A stretch of DNA of 63,479 nucleotides, filler included, from Folioceros fuciformis (taxonomy: Eukaryota), in assembly GCA_049999805.1 (NCBI GenBank). It is 20 parts of 20 records of this genome, joined end to end, with 100 filler letters (N's around TTAATTAATTAA, not from the genome) between each part and the next. Parts side by side here need not be neighbours in the genome. Positions count along the whole stretch, not along the records: positions 1 to 3,361 come from JBNGIO010002383.1; positions 3,462 to 6,991 come from JBNGIO010002384.1; positions 7,092 to 9,428 come from JBNGIO010002386.1; positions 9,529 to 13,467 come from JBNGIO010002387.1; 16 more parts are not named here. One strand, 5' to 3'. The notes beneath the pieces are model-generated. The model was given only the letters and a program-made list of their open reading frames with translations. It had not been told where the DNA came from and did no database searches. The position numbers were made by a program, and so were the translations under genes. Shown piece by piece: positions 1-11,930 of this stretch (position 1 is its first letter; every line of letters begins with the position of its first letter).

Positions 1-380
1 AGGATCCCAAGCAGTGGCCCACTGACCTAGTTGCAGGATCCCAAGCAGTGGCCCGGCTGCTGAAGGTAGGCAAGCGTCCCAGCAGCGCGGACAATCGGCA
101 GGCGGCCGGGGCGGATCAAAGCTGGTCGGGACCAGGGCTGGATCCGAAGGTTGGCAAGTGGTCCAGCAGCAACCGGATCCAGGCCAGGCGGGTGGCAACA
201 TGATCTGGGCAAGCATGCAGGCTCGCTGACCGACTGGCGGATTGCGCAGGACGTTGGGGAGGATCCAGCCAGGTGGTCGGCAGGGGGCAGGTTGGATCGT
301 GGTGGCTGGCTCCAGTGGAGGCCCAGTCAGGGGCAAGGCGTTGCGCTACAGGTAGGGGACCCAGGCGGTTTCACCTTTCC
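1..380 (+). repeat. GC-rich degenerate GGC/CAG/GGATC repeat tract, homologous to 52651-54906
   Basis: ggcggatcaaagctggtcgggaccagggctggatccgaaggttggcaag (~110-158) matches ggcggatccaagctgattgggaccagggctggaactgaaggctggcaag (~54024-54072). Confidence 0.8.
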
Positions 381-1336
381 CCCTGAACAGTGGGTTGGTT
401 GCCTGATGCTGTTCAATATGTTTGATCCGAGAGTGTGGCCAGTGGGGAAGCTGGTGAAGAAGTTCCGGGCCTTCTAGCCTCACCCCGGGATTCACGAGCT
501 AGAAGCAGGGGAGGATTGAGAGGCGGTAGACAGTTGCGATGGTGACCCAGTTGGAGGTAGTGCTATGTGCATGAGAGGGTAGTGCACGGGAGGGTGTATT
601 TTCGATAGGGGCGATTTCTAGGTACTAGATATAGGCTGAACATGGCAACTGATTTGGTGACCTTCCTGCGGAAGACGGGGGATGCTTATGAGTTGCCAGG
701 TTTGAAGGGGGAAACGTAACACGGATGGTCGAGTGTCAGGGAAGCAAATGGCGGAATCCTCCCCAGAGCACACATCCCGACCCCCCACTGGCACACGGAG
801 CTGGCTCTATACGATCCAACCCCCTGGTGCTCTCGATTCCACCCTAACTCACCTGCTTGCGAGAGGAGGTTGAAGGTCAGGGGCCGGGCGCTTCGGGCTG
901 AAGGGGTGGACCGATGGAAACATGGATCATTTCCGTGGAGATTGCGGAGCAAAGGTCTAGAAGCTAAGTGCTGCAAATGTGGAAGCCGCAGCAGTAAGAA
1001 AGGAGAGCAGTTGCATGCACAAATTAGAGAGCAGGGACAGGAGGCTAATGAGTTGTGTCCAGCAGTTCAGTTAGCATTACAGCTACATGCCAGACCTTCT
1101 TGGCCAATATGGCTAGCAGGGGGGGGGCTTGAGGATTGGAAGAAGGTGAAGGCCCTGAGGGAGTTAGGGGAGGATTTGAGGGAGTAGAGGAGAGTGTTGA
1201 GGAGCACCCCGGATTCTTGCTAGTTGTGAGAGGCGGACAATGTTGGATAGAGGGCAACCAGCGGTGTCCAAGGGGGGTAATGGGCAATTAGGTGCAAGGG
1301 TAGGTTAGAGTTAGGCTTTGGTTAGGCTGCGATCAG

Positions 1337-1461
1337 GATTAGGGTTAGGTCAGACTAAGGTTAGGTCTAGGTCAGGCTTAGATTAGCGTTAGGTCAGATT
1401 GAGGTTAGGTCTAGGTCCGGCTTAGATTAGGGTTAGGTCAGACTGAGGTTAGGTTTAGGTC
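1337..1461 (+). repeat. 44-bp minisatellite, ~2.8 copies, built from TTAGGG/TTAGGT words
   Basis: Unit GATTAGGGTTAGGTCAGACTAAGGTTAGGTCTAGGTCAGGCTTA starts at 1337, 1381 and 1425. Confidence 0.9.
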
Positions 1462-1554
1462 ACAACCGGATGTAGGATGGTTTAAGTCAGAGAGAGAGAT
1501 GAGGGTGAGGGTACAAGAGGAGAGGCCTGCCATTGAAGGGGGGGCGGTCTATGG

Positions 1555-2255
1555 TGTGAGGTCCCCGGATTTTGTGGGTAGAACTCCTGGCTTAGGGCGC
1601 TGAGCCGGTTGAGGTCAACCCAAAGTCTTGATTCCCCTTGCCACTAGGGGAACGTGGGGATCCCGGGGCTGTCAAGATCCGTGTGGCCGGATCCGCAAGG
1701 GCTACATGAATCGCAGGTTGGCTGAAGTGAAGGAACAGGACCGTGAGCTGAAGGGCTATCTAGTCCTAGATCCACACTGCTTGAAGGCTGCAAGAAGTGA
1801 AGCCATTATGCTCTAATTTCCAGGGGGGAAGAGCTGAAGAAAAGAGAGGAAGAGTTGGAGTGGAATGCATAGAAGTGAAGAGTGAGCTCTTGAAGAGTAG
1901 GAGTGTGTGTTGAAGTGGAAATCTTGGAGGACTGAAGTAGGGAGAAAGTGACTGAAGTAGAAATCTTGGAGGACTGAAGTAAGGAGGAAGTGGCTGAGGT
2001 GGGAATCAAGAAGAGCTGAAGGATTGAAGAACAGGAGTGTGAGTTGGGTGAGCTGACTTAGGGGGTAGGCTAGGCTTCTAGCCTTTTTGTTGTGAGTGTA
2101 TGGACAGACCTATAGACCGGCTGATAGGTAGAAGTTGATAGGTAGTGTTCCTTGGCACTAATTCACTCCCTTGGGAGCGAACCATAGGACTGCAACGACA
2201 ATAGGGGGATGTGTGGCCCCTTGGGTGGTTCTTGGGTGCAAGAAATCACTTCACA
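1555..2255 (+). mobile_element. Putative 3' LTR (family B) preceded by a polypurine tract
   Basis: TGTGAG...TTCACA termini; GAAGGGGGGG purine tract from 1535; the last ~190 bp match 52463-52650 and 32628-32779. Confidence 0.65.
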
Positions 2256-2415
2256 GAAGACGTCATAGAGGTGGAAGGGGTCATCGGCGTGAAGTTTACC
2301 TCTACGATCAAGGATCTTCAGACTCTAGTCAAAGTCCATCCTCGGTCACACCACCTGCACCACACCGGACCAGAAAAGGAAGGATCAATGAAGGAGAAAC
2401 CACTGCTGGACCTAG

Positions 2416-3361
2416 TGTGGGGTGAAATATTGCACCTGGGGGTGCTGTGAGGTCCACACAAACCCTCTTTGTTGTTGTAGCACTGGGATTTGATCCCAAG
2501 GGAATGATTTGTGTCCAACTACATAGGTTTCCTCTCAAAATCAGTTACTACCTTAAGGGTACCTAACTCCTCAGCACCCTCACTTTTCATGCCCCAACTA
2601 CCCAAGTCACACCTAGATGCTCCTACTCTCCCTGACTCCCTGACGACCCCAGCTCTGGCCACTCCTTCAACCACCTCAACCACTCCGTCACCCTTACGAC
2701 TACTTCTGCTCAAGACTACCTCCGTTTCCCTCAGGACAACCCCCGTTCCCCTCCCTGTAGCGGTCGCCCATCCGACTACCTCAATGGGTCCCACTTTCTC
2801 TCTCCTTCTCTTTCTCTCTCTCATTCACTCCCTCTCTCCTCTAACCTGGGTTTACCCTCTAATACTTACTTTACCAGTCCTTGCCTTCCAAACCCCCAGC
2901 AACTTCCCTCCAGTCGCGCTCACCCACGAACTCACCGACCTCCGCCCTTACTCGCCAACCCTCCAGCGCCTCGACTGAAACGCACCAGCGTTCGTCATGC
3001 ACACATTTGCACTCAGAGAGTCGCGAAGGAACCTCTGGCAGTACAGTCCCCAATCTATTCACGTAACCCAAGCCCGAACCCAGGCCGTTTTGCTCTTAAT
3101 TGTCTTTCAGTTACACACGTGCCAGGGTCTTATCGGCGCTCGATCTCTCCGACTCAGCGACTCTTCTTTCATGGTTCCTCTTTCCCTCACACTCCAGGTA
3201 CTCGCCCTTGGATCGCAGCGCCCTCTTCGCGACGCCTCCAACATTCCCCTTTTTAATTATAGTCTCCAGTCCACTCCTCCCTCACATGGGTCTCGGCGGC
3301 TTCCACCATGCAGCCATCTCGTATTTCTGCCACCACTCTTCACCTCTCACATACACACCCC
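2416..3361 (-). mobile_element. B-related LTR end in reverse orientation, with adjacent element sequence
   Basis: TGTGGGGTGAAATATTGCACC...GTCCACAC...TCCCAAGGGAATGA aligns to the reverse complement of the family B LTR end. Confidence 0.55.
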
Positions 3362-3999
3362 NNNNNNNNNNNNNNNNNNNNNNNNNNNNNNNNNNNNNNN
3401 NNNNNTTAATTAATTAANNNNNNNNNNNNNNNNNNNNNNNNNNNNNNNNNNNNNNNNNNNNACTTATGAGAGTGTATGCACAGTAGCAATTTGCAAAGGA
3501 GAGTGTATGCGGATAGTGGCCATTGCACAAGCCTCTTGCCACCCACCTTGGAGGGTTGAGAATTACACGTTTTCATACGACATCCAGAATTGGATTAATC
3601 ACAAACATATTTGAAACAAAACTTGATTAGAAACACATTTGCAACAGAACCTGGTCCCTCATATATCTAATGCTCTTGATAAGCCTGTGTTATGAGATAT
3701 TGGAGCAATCATATAATTATTTTGTTGATTAGCATATTTTGTGAGGATAAAATTTATAGGATATGCTCTTGAAATGGGGTGTATGTCAACCATCTCGATG
3801 TTTATTAGTTCAATGCTTTGATTCCAATAAAATCAGGAAAAAAATTAAGATATAAATACAAGATTTAAAAGTTAAAGAAACTATAAGGACCCCCTTAAGT
3901 ATGTTATTTTATTGCGTTTTTCACTCTTTCAGTTTTTTGCTTATGGTTGTACACATCAATGTTTCTAGCCCCAGTGAATTAGTGGTGCCAACTAGCTTC

Positions 4000-4800
4000 C
4001 ATGTGAAAATAATGAAGTAAATGTTGCAAGCCTTGAAATGATTTTTATGTCTACAATGCTAACTTTATAATTTTTGCTACCTTTGAAAGGGCCAGACAAA
4101 CTATGTTAAATGACAACCGAGCACTAAAGCAACTGTAAATCCACTTCTTCAATAGAGCCAAGGCCTTCTGGTGAAGTAGAGTTGCCTGTACTAGTTTGCT
4201 ATTGAAAGGTGATGCTTCTAGTGAATTCTCCATCCATCGAGAGCTTGTGTTGAAGAAACAACATGACATCCAACAAGTTCCAAGGATGAGCTCCATCACC
4301 TAACTATCAAAAATCACAAAACTACTTGAACACCACATACCTTCACTAGTTTCAACTAAAAAATAAAAGCAGCAGGCATGAATCTACTATAGTGGTAAGA
4401 AACTTAAGCATAAGAAACTTGAGCATCTAAGCCAATCACCTGGCCATATCATAAAAGTGCAAAAGGATACTCAATTGGTCAACATGCGGTCAAAAATCTA
4501 TAAGCTAAGGAATCTATGAATGTATTTGACTGGATACAAAAAAGCTAACCCGAAGGAAACGTTCCAAGATTTGGTAGCCACGTAAGAAAATTAATCATGT
4601 TCTCACAAATCACTTTGTTTAGCTGCAAAGTGCACATTGCGGCTGGCATACTCTATCACAATGTGACCTTCACCCCCCACTATGTCCTCTAAGTTTTTGG
4701 CTTCTTCAAGAATGATATCGCCTATTTTTTGCCTCCAAAGAAGACACTTTACTAGTAAGATAATTCTACCCTAATCATAGAATGCCCCACAACTACCCCC
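4000..4800 (-). pseudogene. Highly degraded non-LTR (CRE-like) reverse transcriptase remnant
   Basis: Faint traces of the RPIxVGE, DxxNAFN and QGDPLxxxLF motifs in the expected order on the minus strand; many stops and frameshifts. Confidence 0.3.
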
Positions 4801-6611
4801 CGGTATAGGAACTATCCAAGATGAAAGAGTAGAACATAAAAATGATGAAACAAACAACTCTACAAAAAACTAACGGAGTGCTTAGATCTCTGATAAGATG
4901 CTTCACTTTGTAAAGGCTCCAACTCTAGGACTCAAGAAAAGCAAGGACATATAACTATAACTAACATGTATGACCCTATCACAGTGAAGTAGCAACATGG
5001 TGACCCACAAAATTTCACGGTCCTATGATCCAAAGAAGAAGCTATTGTGTGTTGCTGCATGAATACCAACCATGGCTATTGTGTGTTGCTGCATGAATAC
5101 CAACCATGACGCGACACAAGTTCTTACTGTGCCTCAATCCAAACTTAGAGACCCATGTGTATGACATACCATAGAGAACAAAGGAGAGGTGTCAAAATTC
5201 TTTCTTAACACACCACTCATGGCGACTGTGGCGCATAAGATGAATAGATTGTTGTTCAAAGGAAAATCCTACAATAGACATCCTCCATTGTCCAAGAAAA
5301 AAAAACGCTCTCAAACCTTGACGCCTCCCTTTCACCCGACTGTTCCTTTCACATCATTCGTGATTCCACTTTTTCACGGGCCTCTCTCAGTTCAGGGGTG
5401 ATCTCTGCAGGTGACATGAAATGCATGATACAACAAACCTAAACCCCCCCATCCAACCATCCCATGCACCCTTGCCTATCCCTTTCCGTTCTCGTGCTGT
5501 CACGTCTACGTCTTGTCCCATCTTGTGCCCCTCCTGTCTTCTCCCATACCTTCACAAATAACAATTAGCCGAAGGTTCAAAGCCTTTCTTTAGGGTTTGT
5601 TCTCCAGATATTTTACATTTTAGTAACATGTCCAACATACTCTTTTAGTCCCAACCTTGAGGCCTCATCATATTTGTTCTTAGGGTACACATACAAACAG
5701 GGAATAAATAACAATTCAAATTCATAAATAGAAGAATTTTATATTAAGTAAAATATGAAAATAATTTCATGAATTTTGTATTAACGAAAATATGGAAGAC
5801 TTTCACAATGCCCAAACCAACTTGCACTACTACCGAAGGTCACATAAGTATCTTTTTATATTGCTTCTTGTTAATATTAGGGTAGCCAGCATTATTTTTT
5901 ATTTAAATTATATTAGGCCAAACCCTAATGGCGCCTGATAGAATCACTAGATTCGTATCGGTGCCACTAATAGTCGCGTCCTAAAACCTAAGCGACGTCG
6001 TTCTCGGGACACCACCCCAACGGCCGTCCTCACGGCCTTTTAAGCGGCCCATGGCCTAATGCAATTCATTCCTTTGTCTAATCTCTCTCACGATCCTAAT
6101 TAACCTTTATGGTATAAGAGCTAGATGGACCCTGCAGCGCCTCCTAGTACCTGCGAAATTTGCAAGAGTATCTGCTACAGCAAGAACCTCCCTCATGAGC
6201 TTTTCAGGGCGGTAATTGCTGCACTGAAGAACTCTCTCAGCAGGTTTGGGAGCATGGCAGAAGTCTTTCTTGCATGCACAATTAACCATTACTATTCTTG
6301 AGTCCTGCGCGATGCCGAGACAAAGAGGAAGGCGCAACGCCCCATCTTGTGACCCCTTCACAGGCAGGCCTGGACAAAGTGTGGCTGATCAGCATCATAA
6401 CTTGCAGCATTTCTTCTCAACTTGCTGTCAACCTGTGGGCAAGCGGGCATGGTATCCCTACCAGGCACCCGCTCACATGTATCGTGGCCACATCAATCCC
6501 ACGGTCGTTGTAGGTTTCCCCAGAATCGCTCCCCTCTAAGCCTGGCCAGCTTCGTGTATCGCTCCCCTACACTAGTCAACTCTCCCAACCACGTACCTAC
6601 CAATCTGGCCA

Positions 6612-6788
6612 CACGTCCCATCAATAGGTAGGCACCATTCCTTCACTTGGAAGGGCCCCAGTACATCCCCTACCGATTTCTACCTTCCAATCACGTTCCT
6701 ACCAATCGTGCAACACGTCCCGTCAGTAGGTGGGCACCATCCCTTCACTTGGAAGGGCCCCAGTACCTCCCCTACCGATTTCTACCTC
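6612..6788 (+). repeat. Direct repeat, two copies, ~103-bp period
   Basis: acacgtccc.tca.taggt.ggcaccat.ccttcacttggaagggccccagtac is present twice. Confidence 0.85.
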
Positions 6789-7091
6789 CCTACACTTGAT
6801 ACCTTTTCCTCACAAGGCTCCCTACAACACCTTCCTCTACCCACAATCTAGCTGCTCGTCTCCCTACACCCAGCAACCAACAAGTTTCCTCCGAGCCTAC
6901 TCCGCTCCCTCCAACTCTGTTTATCGTTTGCCTACGACATTCAACCTTTCCCAGCGCGTACCTTCAACACGTCCAGTCGGTAGGAAGGCACNNNNNNNNN
7001 NNNNNNNNNNNNNNNNNNNNNNNNNNNNNNNNNNNTTAATTAATTAANNNNNNNNNNNNNNNNNNNNNNNNNNNNNNNNNNNNNNNNNNNN

Positions 7092-7813
7092 TAGCACGAT
7101 TGACATCGAACAAGGTCTGCAAAAACATTTCTTGCTCTATCCTGCACATGTTTAAAAATTGGTACCTCAAATCCCGAAAGCCTGGTTTACCTAAGGATCT
7201 AAGACACTGCTTTGCACAACATATCCTGCGGTAATCTGTAGAAATACGGATCTCAGAGCACTTTGCCTCAAGTACAATCGAATTTTTTTTCTTCCGATTG
7301 CGTCGATGATCAATAAGAGCTTCAATCAAAGATTCGGAGGATGGTTTTCAGATTGTATGATCTTCGCACCATTGTGCCAATCGTCCTGCCAGCTTCTTCG
7401 GACAACACATCCGCTCCTTCACCTTCGGCAAGGAAGCGCTCACCGCTTGATGTTCCTGGTACCCAGCTTCCACTCGCATGTACTTCCACATCCACATTAA
7501 CAACGTTAGTGTGCAAGATTGTGCCCTCCGCATTCCGCTTGATAGGTGTTTTCAGGATCGCTTGCCTGAAAGGAGATTGTAAGTGCAATGGGCTTGTTGA
7601 AGTATGGATGTCGTCGAGAAGACTAAGGTGTACAGGCGAAGCTCGAAAGTCGATGTCGTTACCTTCTGAGTCATCGACTTCAAAGCATCATGATGCGAAC
7701 AGAAAACTCAAACATAGACTTCCAACTAGAACACACGAATGCCCTTCGCGAACTGAATTCCTCACCTACCTTGAGAGTTGAACTCCGCTTTTGTCATCGC
7801 CACCATCTCGCAT
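7092..7813 (-). pseudogene. Mutator-like (MuDR/FAR1) transposase N-terminal remnant
   Basis: Minus-strand fragments LKVGEEFSSRRAF, CGSTCEWKL and ISTDYRRICCAKQCL resemble the MuDR motifs LxVGxxFxS, CxWxL and ISYxxAxRAK; frameshifted. Confidence 0.5.
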
Positions 7814-8327
7814 GAGGAAGAAGCCTGCCAATCCATGCCAATGTCTCAAGGATTGCTTGCAAATGACCTTCCTTACAAGATGCAAGCTAACGTCACTTGG
7901 AGTTTGATTGAAGACAGGGTTACACTGGCATAATTAAGCCACCACTTGAATATGAACGTTTGATCACGATAACAAATAGCTGTTGTTGGTCTTAAACAAC
8001 GCCTACAATTGTTGTTGTGGCATAAATGCTGGGGACGTAGTTCGAACTCTTTTTCTATTTCAGGAAACAGAAATTAAACTTCACATTTGACTTCAAATCT
8101 CATCGTTCAATACTTAAGACATCATTCTCTCCTTCTGGATCAGACTAGTTGTTTTTGAGTTCCATCATTCACAAGCTCTCAAGCGCAATCGAAGATGGCA
8201 GCTAGCCGGGCGGAGCAACAAGCAACTGAATGCGGCAATTGACATGCAAGCATTGAAGGCACCACCAAGGTTGAAGAAACCATGACAGGGTGCGAAAGCT
8301 TCAGCTCGCACTTCGTCTGGCCCATTC

Positions 8328-9290
8328 GTGGAAAGAGATAGCCATCGACGACCAGCGATCACAATAGGGGATGTTACACCACAGCCACCAGCTATTACAA
8401 TGAGGAAAGACAATTCCGCTGGGAGCGTTCGTGCATCGAACAACAAAGCTAGCGAAGTCCATATTAACCATGTTCCTATGAATGTGACTAAGGGTGGCAG
8501 CATGGGTGGTAGCCAGAACCACAACATTCCAAATGTGTACAACTTTGCTGAGCGTTTAAAGCTGAAAAAGCTTGAAGGCACGCTTGCCAAAAGATTCAAC
8601 ATAGAGAAAGAGTAGTTTTTAGTAATAGAAGAGGAGCCATAAGACTGCAATTCGCCCTGGGTGCCGCTGGTGGCTCTATGGGTTAACGATTTCCAAGGCT
8701 TGCAGGGCAATGAGGCAGGGAGGCCTGGATGGATTCTGTGTGCATTTGTCAACGGCGTGGAAGAGGAAACCCATGTCAATTTTATCTGCACGCGGCACCC
8801 ACCAAGCCATATCATCGATGACTACGATAGCCACAGCCTCGTTGTAGTCAATGTCGCGAAAGCTGTGCCACTGCGTTGCGAACCGATGTGGCTTAAAACC
8901 GCTTCAAAAGATTGCTTGAATGTGGAAGATGTTAGTATTTATTTATTTTAATGTCGGTTTATGTTTATAAACCGAGCATTAGGTAACCCTAAATTTTCCA
9001 TTACGTGTTTCCTGCAGGGAGGCAAACAGTTCTGTCGGATTGTCTTGCGCTATGTTGCTGATTGCGTTCTGAAGAATCATGCGTTAGCATCAAGAATTGC
9101 AGGAGAGCGCCAAAGGGTTTCAATTCAAGCAGAGTTCGGCCCCATCTCATCAAGGCAAACGGAGAGGGTTGAGAGACAAGTGGAAATGCCGTGCATGCAG
9201 CTAGAGCTTTTAGAAGACGACGTCCCTGACCAAGAATAGCTGAGCGATGAGGAGGAGAAAGAGATGGGAGAGTATTCCTGTGAATGAAAA
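8328..9290 (+). pseudogene. Spliced ORF of unknown function, divergent from the Mutator-like remnant; intron 8931-9017
   Basis: ORFs 8328, 8661 and 8961 share one frame; the phase-0 GTTAGT...CTGCAG intron removes one stop; others remain (8613, ~8640, 9237). Confidence 0.45.
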
Positions 9291-9528
9291 AACTTTCAGA
9301 ACCCCCATTTTGAGCGACGGAATGAGCGGGTTGTGATTTTTTTTGTGAAGGGACAGGCGAATCAGTTTAGTAGGTAAATAAGACCAGGGTGTTTATGCCC
9401 AAAGTCCCTCTTGGGCTTCGGGGTTTGGNNNNNNNNNNNNNNNNNNNNNNNNNNNNNNNNNNNNNNNNNNNNTTAATTAATTAANNNNNNNNNNNNNNNN
9501 NNNNNNNNNNNNNNNNNNNNNNNNNNNN

Positions 9529-9712
9529 CCAATGGTCTTGCCACAAAGTGGTCATGATTCTTAATTTAGTGATGCCAATGGTCTTGCCACAAAGTGGTCA
9601 TGATTCTTAATTTAGTGATGCCAATGGTCTTGCCACAAAGTGGTCATGATTCTTAATTTAGTGATGCCAATGGTCTTGCCACAAAGTGGTCATGATTCTT
9701 AATTTAGTGATG
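9529..9712 (+). repeat. 46-bp perfect tandem repeat, 4 copies (cut off by contig edge)
   Basis: Unit CCAATGGTCTTGCCACAAAGTGGTCATGATTCTTAATTTAGTGATG; no spacers between copies. Confidence 0.97.
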
Positions 9713-10320
9713 CGCACAAGGCTAGGGGATCCACTAGGGGGTGCTCTCTTTGCCAGGGCACACGTTTGAGAGTAGTCTTTTAATGCCTCAGCACCTCGGG
9801 AAAAGCCTTTCTCCTTCTATGGCCAAAGACACTCATATCCTTGGCACGAAAGCAACCTTTGATCTCTTCTCCTTAGAGCTTGCCGATGTGAGACTAAGGG
9901 TCAAGTTGCCTGAGTGTAGAGTCTAGTCCCCCTCAAGCAATATGCCCTCTTCAATATTCAAGGGCACATGGGGGAAAGGGGCATGGCTTCCTCAAAGGAT
10001 TTGCAGGCTTGGGGGTTCCAGTTGGACCTCGTGCTTTTGTGAAAGATTTGGTGGATGTGGCATTGGAAGAAGACTTGGCTCACATTAGGCTCAAGTTGCA
10101 TTTGGTGTCCTTTCTTTCTGCTTTGCACGGTGGCCAAGTTACCTCACTAGGATTGTTGCTCCTTCTCCGACTTCCTTAACAAGTCTGAACAATTTTGACA
10201 ATTGAGTCATGTAGGCACTTGGGAACATCATACATCCCTACACCTTTGAATGTGCCATTGTTGTTTTTCTATTAGGGTTGGGTAAAGAGTGTGGTGTACT
10301 CTACTATTGGGCATGTGCCA
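9713..10320 (+). pseudogene. Degraded CRE-like non-LTR reverse transcriptase fragment
   Basis: RTRLGDPLGGALFARAH (QGDPL motif), AKDTHILG (decayed ADD motif), LRVKLPECRV (GLxVxxxKC motif). Confidence 0.65.
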
Positions 10321-10949
10321 TGGTTAAGTGCTTACTGTGTGGTGCGCTGTTGTGGCTTTCTTATGTTGAAATTGAGGTATTGAAGGTGCACATGCATATA
10401 AGATATTAAAGTTTATGTGGTCTGCACGGAGTGATGGTTGTTGGGTTGCTCTAAAACTAGAGTTGATAATACATTGAGAATAGGCTAAGATAGTTGTAGT
10501 GGACTCACTAAGACTTTGATGAGATGAGGTTTGTTGGTTGTGTGTAAAGAATTTTGGCAAGGATGATAAGATTTGATTTTGGGTTATTTTTGTGCAGCGG
10601 CTAGGGTGCGTGGTGTTGAGAAGGTCACATTTATTTCATAATGTGAAGTTTTTTGAGGTTATGCCTCCTATTGTCATTAAGCTTAATACAATTATTTATG
10701 TAGACAGTACGATATCAACATTGGACACTAAATCAACTATTATTAAGGATAAATATGAAGAAAATTTGCTACATTTTCATGGAGACTAGAGTGTATAATA
10801 AAATATATGTAGAACTAGGGCATCTATAATTTAAAATCTATAATTTATTAAAAAAAGATTGGATTTCCCATCTACCTGAAAAATGAGGAGGAACAACCCA
10901 ATGAGGGCCAAAAGCCAAAAGGAGAACTAGTCGTCTGAGATATCAATCC

Positions 10950-11930
10950 CGCAATTGCCTACTGCTCTTATGATGTGAAATGAAAAGGACCTACTACCAT
11001 CAATATTAATAAAGCTGTTATACTTGCTGTTGTTGTTTTGAAGATTGCATCAACCAACACCCTTTGCATAGCAATGGATATGCCTTGCTAAAAGAAGACT
11101 ACTACCGCGGGAAGGGAACAGCCTCATTCTTGTAACTATAATACACGTTTGCACACTCCTTTATAAACCTTGTAAAGTGAAGGCTCATGGCCTTATGGAC
11201 CTCTAGAGTAAGGGGGATGAAAACATGTCATCTTGTAGGGGAAAGTACTTATGGACCTAAGCTATCACAACAACACTATGCTGCTCAACCTAGAAATTGA
11301 TGATGTGCTTGCTGATGGAGTCCCCAGTGAGATCCATAACCACCATTAGCAACACAACATGTGTTCCCCTTAATAAATAAAAAGATTTCTACATTGAATG
11401 ACACTTGCCAACACCTCGTTGTGCAATGTATAATGACACTCTTTATATGGAAGAAACCCACTCCTTGGCCATTGAAAACATGACATCCCGAATAACATTA
11501 TGTATGCCAATCCACTACCCCCTATGGAACAACTTACAAGATGGTACTCAAAGTTGTCAATGGCAGCCCCGTAGCTGCAAGTAGAGAAGGACAAGGCCAA
11601 AGGCCATCGTGGACCAAGCCCAAGCAGAATTGAAAGTCATAAAAGGCGCGATGCAAAACGTTTGAATGCTTATGGGGCATGGCCTCCTAAGCCTCCAAAG
11701 GTTACGAGTCCCTTGCTTGTCCTAGAGGCACATGTGAAGGCAAGGCCCCCTCCTCAACAACCAAGAATCCTAAACCCTAGAATTGGGGTAGCGAGGGGCA
11801 AGCTGCCAAAGGAGGCTGTTAGAGCCAAGGCCTTCATGGTCAAGAGACCAGTGCCTCCAAAGACATTTGAAATATCAAGGAAACCTACTTATGAGCTTGA
11901 TTCTCCTCTAGGCATGTTAGAACATCTATA
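10950..11930 (-). pseudogene. Degraded C-terminus of a CRE-like non-LTR element (zinc finger plus restriction-like endonuclease)
   Basis: TCSYGAAIDNFEYHLVSCSIGG (CxCG...HLxxC); DNA at ~11450-11515 is similar to ~48650-48712. Confidence 0.55.

Noticed and set aside
3406-3417. Recurring TTAATTAATTAA as a biological motif
   Set aside because: Always centred in N runs of fixed length; an assembly linker.
9529-9712. CRISPR array (also 28649-28919)
   Set aside because: Head-to-tail units with no unique spacers, no cas genes, eukaryotic context.
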